DNA of 49,094 bases from Thermoplasmata archaeon (GTDB lineage: Archaea; Thermoplasmatota; Thermoplasmata; Lutacidiplasmatales; UBA184): NCBI GenBank assembly GCA_049800095.1, contig JBARJD010000139.1:1-49094 (forward strand). Direction: 5' to 3'. Positions 43,078 through 49,094 of this stretch are shown here, one piece after another. The notes under the pieces are model-generated. The model made no database searches and was not told where the DNA came from. It saw only the letters and a list, made by a program, of their open reading frames with translations. Within the stretch, counting starts at the first letter, position 1; each line of letters begins with the position of its first letter. The translations under genes and the position numbers were made by a program.

Positions 43078-43575
43078 TCAACGGCCCGTGCTGCCGAAGC
43101 CGCCCTTCCGGTCGGTGGTGGGTCGGACCATCCCGGCTTCGAAGCGCGTAGGATACTCCTGGGCAACGCGGACCTGTCCGATCCGGTCCCCACTCTGGAT
43201 CTGAAACTCTCCGGGAAAGAGGAACGTCAACGGGACCTTCACTTCGCCGGCGTAATCGCGGTCGATCGTCCCCGGCGCGTTGACCATGAGGACGCCCCGG
43301 CTGCTGAGACCGCTCCGCGGTCTCACCTCCAGGAAGGTCCCCGGTGGAGCGCGCAGCCGGAGGCCGGTCCGTACGAGTGTAACGGAACCGAACTTCAACA
43401 CGGCCGGCTCGGCCGCGTGCAGGTCGAAGCACGCGGATCCGAGAGTCGCCTTGGACGGCAGAGGCGGGGGCGCGACACCGGCCACGGGCTCCGCGAGAAC
43501 GGCATGAATGGGGACCCGATGCGGCGTCGCAACCTGTCGTCGGCGAGTGGTCTTCCGTTTGAGAGGCCGAGGCAT
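43078..43575 (-). CDS. dut: dUTP diphosphatase (trimeric dUTPase)
   Basis: All five dUTPase motifs are present: SACFDL, RPRSGL, GTIDRDYAGEV, GDRIGQ and KGGFGSTGR. The start is set at ATG 43575, which gives a basic N-terminal leader. Confidence 0.85.
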   Translation of the reverse strand: MPRPLKRKTTRRRQVATPHRVPIHAVLAEPVAGVAPPPLPSKATLGSACFDLHAAEPAVLKFGSVTLVRTGLRLRAPPGTFLEVRPRSGLSSRGVLMVNAPGTIDRDYAGEVKVPLTFLFPGEFQIQSGDRIGQVRVAQEYPTRFEAGMVRPTTDRKGGFGSTGR

Positions 43576-43910
43576 GCATCCGTTGAACGAGCTGGAAAGA
43601 TAACGGCGCGGGGACAGAACGCACCCCTTTCGTGCGTACCCCCGCGAGGGCCGGGAATCCCTTCCCGAGTCGTCCGCCCACGTAGGAGCCTCCGCGGGAG
43701 GGATGTGACCTAAAAGTTCAACGCCGCGAGAAAACGGCGAGGAACGAACGCGGCGGGTGGAAATTCGCTCCGCCGCCACATGGGGGTGGAGGTGGGGTGA
43801 GTTCTGCCGCAATGCCCACCGACCGGCGCGCAGAATCCTCTCGGGTCTGCTCGGCGGAGCCGTCACTTCCCCGAATAGATACGCGTCGGAAAGAGTCGGA
43901 GGTGTTCATT

Positions 43911-43940
43911 CTATTAAACTAAATCAACAGCTTTATTAAG
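43911..43940. promoter_or_regulatory. AT-rich divergent promoter region with several TATA-like boxes upstream of arsR
   Basis: CTATTAAACTAAATCAACAGCTTTATTAAG. The TAAATC box starts 42 nt before the arsR ATG and the TTTATTAA box 30 nt before it. It is the lowest-GC stretch in the window. Confidence 0.5.
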
Positions 43941-43961
43941 TGACGGCTTTATGGCCTGGCC

Positions 43962-44270
43962 ATGGACACCTTCTCTGTCCTGGCAGAACCGCGCCGGCGG
44001 AGGGTCGTGGAGATTCTTGCCCAGAGGGGCCAGCTGAGCGCGTCCCAGATCTGCGACGAGTTCGACGTGACTCCCCAGGCAATATCCCAGCACCTCAGAG
44101 TGCTGAGGGAGGCGAACGTGATCCGGATGGAGAAGAGAGCCCAGCGAAGGCTGTACGCGTTCAATCCGCAGTCCATGAACCAGATCCACGTGTGGGCCGC
44201 CGATATGGCCAAGATGTGGAACACCCGGCTCGACCGGTTGGACAAGACGCTGAAGGAGGAAGCCGTATGA
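43962..44270 (+). CDS. ArsR/SmtB family transcriptional regulator
   Basis: FSVLAEPRRRRVVEIL..G.LSASQICDEFDVTPQAISQHLRVLREANVI is the canonical ArsR winged HTH. Confidence 0.85.
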   Translation: MDTFSVLAEPRRRRVVEILAQRGQLSASQICDEFDVTPQAISQHLRVLREANVIRMEKRAQRRLYAFNPQSMNQIHVWAADMAKMWNTRLDRLDKTLKEEAV

Positions 44271-44758
44271 ATCAAAACGGGAGGAAGGAAACCACGGACG
44301 GAGAGCGTAGCGCGGTGAGGATATCGAGGGACTTCGACTTCCCGCGGGATGCCATCTTCAATATGTTCACCGACTCAAAGAAAGCGGCGAAGTTTTGGGG
44401 CCCCGAGGGCGCCGTCAAACTCGTCTTCGAGTTGGACCCCCGGCCCGGAGGTGCGATTAGAATTCATGACCGCAACGGCGAGGGGGTCACCCACAAGACG
44501 TCGGGGACCATACTGGAGATTGTCGTTCCAGAGCTTCTAGTCTTCCGGAGCGCCACGACACCCGGGGAGGGCATCGCGCCTTGGGAGGCGCTGCAAACGG
44601 TGACGTTCGAGGAGCTCAGCTCCCAGAGGACGCGAGTGACCGTCCTGGTGAAGATTCTCGAAACTGGCTCTTTCCCGGGAGGCGTCGAGTCCCTCGAAGA
44701 GGGATTCCAAGGAGGATGGGGAGAGACCCTCGATATGTTGCAGAAGGAACTGCGCTAG
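44267..44758 (+). CDS. SRPBCC/AHSA1 (Aha1-like) domain protein
   Basis: ISRDFDFPRDAIFNMFTD......WGPEG, ...G.WGE.LD.L..L. An ATGA overlap joins it to arsR, which is a common ArsR-AHSA1 pairing. Confidence 0.75.
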   Translation: MNQNGRKETTDGERSAVRISRDFDFPRDAIFNMFTDSKKAAKFWGPEGAVKLVFELDPRPGGAIRIHDRNGEGVTHKTSGTILEIVVPELLVFRSATTPGEGIAPWEALQTVTFEELSSQRTRVTVLVKILETGSFPGGVESLEEGFQGGWGETLDMLQKELR

Positions 44759-44980
44759 GTCCTTCGTATCGGTTCAGCCGAGGACGGACGTCCGCTCTCC
44801 AGACGCCCTCCTCCACTGGCGGCACAGAAATGGACGGAGGTCAAGGGGCGTAGGGACCTCGCCATCGCATTGTCCCTCCGCAACGGACGGGCAGGGCCCG
44901 TCTCCAAGCGGGGGAACCGAGCCCTGTGATCGCGGACTCGGGTCGCTCACGGCCAGACATTCCATCCAGTGCGTTACACC

Positions 44981-44986
44981 TAAATA
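44981..44986 (+). promoter_or_regulatory. TATA box (TAAATA) upstream of padR
   Basis: The context is CCTAAATAC. It starts 41 nt before ATG 45022. Confidence 0.45.
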
Positions 44987-44997
44987 CAGGACTCGAA

Positions 44998-45013
44998 ATT
45001 CCGATATCGGAAT
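44998..45013. promoter_or_regulatory. Perfect 16-bp palindrome, candidate PadR operator
   Basis: ATTCCGATATCGGAAT lies between the TATA box and the padR ATG, over the expected transcription start. Confidence 0.55.
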
Positions 45014-45021
45014 AACGAGCC

Positions 45022-45429
45022 ATGTGGGGACGAAAGAAGAGGGGCCTTCGGAACTGGGTGGTCATGATTCTGCGACGGCAGGCGCGGAATGGCGCCGAGA
45101 TCATCGATGACATGGAGGTCATGACCCACGGATGGTGGCGCCCCTCTCCCGGCTCCGTCTATCCGCTCCTGGAAGAGATGGTGAGCGACGGCACGCTGCG
45201 GAAGCGCCCCGACAGTCGCTACGAATTGGTCAGCCCCCCGGACTTCGAGCAATGGGGACACGGGTGGAGAATGGCCGGGGGTCCCCGGACCCCCCTGGAG
45301 ATTGTGCAGGAGATCTCGGGACTTACCGCGTACCTTGAAGACCTCCGACGCTCGCAGCCCAGCGCCACCCAACCGATCCAATCCGAGCTCGACGCGGTGG
45401 CCGAACGACTTCGAAAACTGAGGAACTAG
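45022..45429 (+). CDS. PadR family transcriptional regulator
   Basis: ILRRQARNGAEIIDDME......W.PSPGSVYPLLEEMVSDG.L is the PadR winged-helix signature. It lies directly upstream of an ABC exporter pair. Confidence 0.8.
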   Translation: MWGRKKRGLRNWVVMILRRQARNGAEIIDDMEVMTHGWWRPSPGSVYPLLEEMVSDGTLRKRPDSRYELVSPPDFEQWGHGWRMAGGPRTPLEIVQEISGLTAYLEDLRRSQPSATQPIQSELDAVAERLRKLRN

Positions 45430-45439
45430 GAGAACATCC

Positions 45440-46459
45440 ATGCTACCAACGCAAGCGATCAACGCCGAGAATCTGGTCAAGGTCTACAACGGCACCGTGA
45501 AGGCGGTGGATGGGGTCTCCTTCCAGGTCACTCGCGGGGAGATCTTCGGATTTCTGGGACCCAACGGGGCGGGAAAGACCACGACGGTCTCGATGCTGTC
45601 GGCCGGTCTTCGCCCGACCGCGGGGAGTGCGGTCATTGACGGCCTCGAAGTCGGCTGGGACCCGGAAGCGGTCAAGCGGCGCATTGGAGTGATCTTCCAG
45701 GAATCCACGGCCGATGGCGACCTGACCGGCCGTGAGAACATCGAAGTGGCGGCCGGGTGCTACGGCATAGCGGCCTCCGAGGGCCGCAAGCGAACCCAAG
45801 CGCTGCTCGAGCAGATGCAGATCACGGAAGCGGCCGACCGGTTGGCGAAAACGTACTCGGGCGGGATGCGACGGCGGCTGGAGTTGGCCGTCGGTCTCGT
45901 CCACAATCCAAAAATCTTGTTCCTCGACGAGCCGACGCTGGGCCTCGACCCGCAGGGTCGGAACGGGTTCTGGGGCTTCATTCAGAAACTCCGGAAGGAG
46001 CAAGGCCTCACGGTGTTCGTCACGACACACTACCTGGACGAGGCCGACACGATGTGCGACCGGCTCGCGATCATCGACCACGGCAAGATCGTCGCCACGG
46101 GTACGCCCACCGAGCTCAAGGACCGGCTCGGCGGAGACATCGTGACGGTCAAGACCGCGGTCGGCGCACCGGATGTGACGGCCCTGATCACCTCGTTACG
46201 CGGGGTCACGGGCGTGCAGAAGCAGGACGGCACGTACCGGGTCAAGGTTGCGAGCGGCGAGTCCTTCGTGCCCTTGGCGGTGGAGGCCTGCGATAAGGCG
46301 GGCGCCGGCGTGACCGGGGTCACGGTCAAGCGACCCAGTCTCGACGAGGTGTTCCTGGAGTTCACCGGACGTGAATTCCGAGAGGAGGAGGGTCCGAGCG
46401 CGACGGACCGCGCGATCATGGTCCAGCGGGTTCAGAACCGGATCGGAGGGCGGCGCTAA
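45440..46459 (+). CDS. ABC transporter ATP-binding protein (DrrA-like)
   Basis: Walker A GPNGAGKTT, signature YSGGMRRR, Walker B ILFLDEPTLGLD, and an extra C-terminal domain of about 90 aa. Confidence 0.9.
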   Translation: MLPTQAINAENLVKVYNGTVKAVDGVSFQVTRGEIFGFLGPNGAGKTTTVSMLSAGLRPTAGSAVIDGLEVGWDPEAVKRRIGVIFQESTADGDLTGRENIEVAAGCYGIAASEGRKRTQALLEQMQITEAADRLAKTYSGGMRRRLELAVGLVHNPKILFLDEPTLGLDPQGRNGFWGFIQKLRKEQGLTVFVTTHYLDEADTMCDRLAIIDHGKIVATGTPTELKDRLGGDIVTVKTAVGAPDVTALITSLRGVTGVQKQDGTYRVKVASGESFVPLAVEACDKAGAGVTGVTVKRPSLDEVFLEFTGREFREEEGPSATDRAIMVQRVQNRIGGRR

Positions 46460-47310
46460 TGCTGCGCGAACTGGCCGCGCTGACCCGCCGGGAGTTCCTC
46501 AAGCTGGCCCGGAATCCCCAGGCGATCTTCACGGCCCTGCTGCTGCCGCTGCTGTACCTGCTCCTGTTCGGTCAAGGGTTCAACATCAACCCGACGGAGT
46601 TCCTCCCGCCGGGGACCCCCCCGTCGGTGATCAAGGGCATTCTGGCCGCGTACTTCCGCGGGGCGCCGAATTATTACTCGTACTTCGCCGCCGGGATGGT
46701 CGGCTTCGTGGCCGTCACCGCGACCCTGTTCAGCGGCGCGAACGTGATCTTCGACAAGCTGTTCGGCATCTTCAAGCGGGTCCGGGGGACCCCCGCACCC
46801 TCCGCGGCCGTCTTCGGGTCCCGGCTGATCGCCGCGTCGACGCAGCCGATCCTGTTGGCGTTCTTCGTCCTCGGCCTGGCGCTGCTGTTCAAGCACGTCC
46901 CGGGCCTCACCGGGATGACGGTCACCGCGTCGGTCGGGATTGTCGGCGGCCTCGAGATCATCGTCGCGATCGTCCTGCTCTCGCTGATGTTCGCGACGCT
47001 CTTCCTCACGTTCGGGATTCTCATCGAGAACCCGCAGATGTACTTCGCCGCGGTGAACCTGCTTAACTTGCCGGTCCTGCTGACGTCGGATGCGCTGTAC
47101 CCGTGGGGAGCGATGCCCCACTGGCTGCAGAGCGTGTCGCAGTACAATCCCGTCTCCCTGGCCGTGAACGTGCTTCGAGAGACGCTCTTCGGGTCCTCGG
47201 TGTATCCGTACGCGCCGGGGATCTACCTCCTGGGGCTATTCGGCTGGGCGGCCGTACTCGGTACCATTGCGCTGCTGCTCGTCCGACGGGCGTTGCGCCC
47301 TCTCAACTAA
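46459..47310 (+). CDS. ABC-2 type transporter permease
   Basis: 283 aa with 6 predicted TM helices. Its start overlaps the ATPase stop (TAATG). Confidence 0.75.
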   Translation: MLRELAALTRREFLKLARNPQAIFTALLLPLLYLLLFGQGFNINPTEFLPPGTPPSVIKGILAAYFRGAPNYYSYFAAGMVGFVAVTATLFSGANVIFDKLFGIFKRVRGTPAPSAAVFGSRLIAASTQPILLAFFVLGLALLFKHVPGLTGMTVTASVGIVGGLEIIVAIVLLSLMFATLFLTFGILIENPQMYFAAVNLLNLPVLLTSDALYPWGAMPHWLQSVSQYNPVSLAVNVLRETLFGSSVYPYAPGIYLLGLFGWAAVLGTIALLLVRRALRPLN

Positions 47311-48055
47311 CCCGACTCGGGGATGGCCGTCCGGAGTCCACGACGGGGTCCGATTCGACCGCCCGGGGGGCCTCGCTCGTCGCGAGGAATCGGGCGACGA
47401 GCCGGCCCTCCGCCCGCCGGAGCATCTTGCTCAACGCCGGCGGGCTCTGACCCGTCAGCCGGGCGAGTCGCGTGAGCGAGAGGCGCCGGGGCACCGCGTA
47501 GTATCCCATCGCCCAGGCCCGGGAAACGATGCGGCGTTGTCGGTCGGTCAACTCCTCGGAGCCGGCGGGGCCCCCGTACGGCCGTCCCGAAGTCCGAAGG
47601 ACCTGGAACGGCATCCCTTCGCGGGTGAGTCGCGCGACGACCTTGCGGAGCGCCGCGTCTTCTCCGTAGAACGACGCGACGGTCCGCGTGGGGTCCGCAC
47701 GGAACGGGGCGATCGGGGTGATCTCGCCGCCGGCGACCGTCAGCAAGCGAGCGATCGTGGCGGGATTCCGCTGGCGCACGAGCACGATGTAGTCCCGCGT
47801 GCGTGGCCGTCGCTCCACGAGCTCGAGACTCTCGAGCCCGTACAACCGCCGTATCCGCCGGGATTCTCGCGCGAGCTCGGCCGCCGTGCGCAGTGGTCCT
47901 CTCCGTCGAACGCGGAGCAGTTGGAGCCGCCACCCCCGTTCGAGGCGGAGGGTCTCCAGGAGCTCGACTTCCTCGTAGCGGGAAAAGAACCCGTGCGGGA
48001 TCAGTCCGATCGCCTCGAGGTCTTCGGTCTTGAACTCGAACGAGATCGTCTTCAT
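47303..48055 (-). CDS. HTH_10 (Bat-like) DNA-binding protein
   Basis: The C-terminal LTDRQRRIVSRAWAMGYYAVPRRLSLTRLARLTGQSPPALSKMLRRAEGRLV matches the bacterio-opsin-activator-type HTH. The N-terminal domain of about 170 aa is uncharacterised. Confidence 0.65.
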   Translation of the reverse strand: MKTISFEFKTEDLEAIGLIPHGFFSRYEEVELLETLRLERGWRLQLLRVRRRGPLRTAAELARESRRIRRLYGLESLELVERRPRTRDYIVLVRQRNPATIARLLTVAGGEITPIAPFRADPTRTVASFYGEDAALRKVVARLTREGMPFQVLRTSGRPYGGPAGSEELTDRQRRIVSRAWAMGYYAVPRRLSLTRLARLTGQSPPALSKMLRRAEGRLVARFLATSEAPRAVESDPVVDSGRPSPSRVS

Positions 48056-48122
48056 CGGATGGGTAGGTCCAGCACAAGGTTCTCCTGTAAACCCTCTTAG
48101 TTCCGCGATTACCGACCGTCTG

Positions 48123-48130
48123 TTAAATAA
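48123..48130 (+). promoter_or_regulatory. TATA-like box (TTAAATAA) upstream of ubiD
   Basis: It starts 31 nt before ATG 48154, consistent with a leaderless or near-leaderless mRNA. Confidence 0.4.
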
Positions 48131-48153
48131 CGAGGCGGACTGAGCGAGGGCCG

Positions 48154-49094
48154 ATGGCTTTCCGCTCGCTGGGGGACTTCCTCACGGACCTCGAATCGCG
48201 AGGCGACCTCATCCGCGTGCGGGACCCGGTGAGCCGGGATCTCGAGATCACCGAGATCACGCAGCGGGTCATCCGAAAGGACGGTCCGGCGTTGCTGTTC
48301 GAGAACGTGACCGGCAGTGCCACGCCGGTCGCCATGAATGTGCTCGGCTCGCCACGCCGTATCGCTCGGGCCCTAGGGGCGGAGTCGCTGGACGCGCCCA
48401 TGGACCGGATCGCCCGGCTCGTTCGATTGCGGCCTCCCGCGGGCGTAATGGGCGCTCTCCAGGACCTGAGTGGCACGCTCCAGACCCTCGACACGCTCCG
48501 ATCCCTCGCTCCCAAGCGGGTGAGCACCGCTCCGTGCCAGGAGGTCGAATCCAACCCAGTGAATCTCGACACGCTGCCGATCTTACGGTGCTGGCCCGGG
48601 GATGGGGGCCGCACGATCACGTTCCCCGTGGTCGTGACGAAAGACCCCGAGACGGGGGAAACCCACACCGGAATCTACCGACTCCAGCAGTATGGAACCG
48701 ACACCCTGGGGATGCACTTCCAGATCCACCGTGTCGGGGCCAACAACTACCGGAAATGGTGTGCCCGCGGAGAGCGTATGCCGGTCGCTGCCGTGATCGG
48801 CGCGGACCCCGCTACACTGTTGGCGGGCCTGGCCCCGGTTCCGGAGGGCATCTCGAACTTCGTCTTCGCCGGTTTCCTCCGCGAGGAACCTTTGGAACTC
48901 GTACCCTGCCGCACCGTGCCACTCGAAGTTCCGGCCCAGGCGGAGATCGTCCTCGAGGGCTACGTGGACCCGGCCGAACGGCACCTCGAGGGGCCGTTCG
49001 GGGATCACACCGGCTACTACTCGGCCGCCGAGCCGTTCCCGGTATTCCACGTCACCCACGTCACGCAGCGCCGCCGCCCGGTCTATCTCGGCAC
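48154..49094 (+). CDS. ubiD: UbiD family (prenylated-FMN dependent) decarboxylase, 3' end outside the window
   Basis: This ORF is not in the ORF track because it has no stop within the window. My translation reads MAFRSLGDFLTDLESRGDLIRVRDPVSRDLEITEI...GPALLFENV...LPILRCWPGDGG..ITFP.V.TKDPETG..H.GIYR...EGPFGDHTGYY, which is typical of UbiD. Confidence 0.85.
   Translation, partial: MAFRSLGDFLTDLESRGDLIRVRDPVSRDLEITEITQRVIRKDGPALLFENVTGSATPVAMNVLGSPRRIARALGAESLDAPMDRIARLVRLRPPAGVMGALQDLSGTLQTLDTLRSLAPKRVSTAPCQEVESNPVNLDTLPILRCWPGDGGRTITFPVVVTKDPETGETHTGIYRLQQYGTDTLGMHFQIHRVGANNYRKWCARGERMPVAAVIGADPATLLAGLAPVPEGISNFVFAGFLREEPLELVPCRTVPLEVPAQAEIVLEGYVDPAERHLEGPFGDHTGYYSAAEPFPVFHVTHVTQRRRPVYLG

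Noticed and set aside
43576-43900. RNase P RNA, SRP RNA or a C/D box sRNA in the long dut-arsR spacer.
   Set aside because: I could not find the universal RNase P CR-I core (GAGGAAAGUCC), SRP helix 8 features, or C (RUGAUGA) / D (CUGA) box pairs on either strand. Only generic GC-rich hairpins are present.
43940-44266. The 272-aa ORF 43940-44758 as a single protein.
   Set aside because: Its 5' part is an off-frame shadow of arsR. The SRPBCC/AHSA1 homology starts at ATG 44267, which overlaps the arsR stop (ATGA).
1-49094. CRISPR arrays, IS elements/transposases, rRNA genes, toxin-antitoxin pairs and restriction-modification genes.
   Set aside because: I saw no regularly spaced direct repeats, no terminal inverted repeats flanking a transposase-like ORF, and no rRNA-like conserved stretches. 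No ORF had signatures of these families.

Overview
High-GC archaeal chromosomal window. Evidence for archaeal origin: archaeal-type GAPDH, Alba, TFS, Spt4, RpoE'/RpoL, eS24/eS31, a DUF373 membrane protein, TATA-box promoters with very short leaders, and arginine-rich non-acidic proteins. A Thermoplasmatota-like euryarchaeon is only a guess and cannot be verified here. About 50 genes are densely packed on both strands, plus two tRNAs: tRNA-Leu(GAG) complete, and tRNA-Arg(CCG) truncated by the left edge. Most genes are housekeeping. They include the conserved rpoE-spt4-DUF359-rps24e-rps27ae block, gap, gdhA, proS, asnS, purD, thiL, aspA, dut, kptA and trm5-like. There are also two ABC-2 exporters, several small regulators (TrmB, ArsR, PadR, HTH_10) and quinone-biosynthesis genes (ubiE, and ubiD truncated at the right edge). 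No CRISPR array, transposase, integrase or rRNA was seen. The stand-out is a translationally coupled six-gene operon at 29956-37066. It mirrors the membrane arm of E. coli hydrogenase-4 / complex I (HyfC-HyfE-HyfD/F-large subunit-small subunit-HyfB). Its large-subunit homologue has lost all four NiFe-ligating cysteines and also lacks the complex I quinone-site tyrosine. Its small subunit keeps its [4Fe-4S] cysteines and carries a fused one-cluster ferredoxin remnant. No electron-input or maturation genes are present. It is therefore an Ehr-type (energy-converting-hydrogenase-related) complex of unknown substrate. Secondary observations: lysine-rich low-complexity tails on S24e and RpoE'; a helicase-only Hef; an effector-less AAA_16/TPR STAND ATPase; a DUF1614-RDD fusion; perfect palindromic operator candidates upstream of padR and gdhA; and a compositionally atypical ArsR-SRPBCC-PadR segment. 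All calls come from reading the supplied translations and the DNA by eye. No database search was run.
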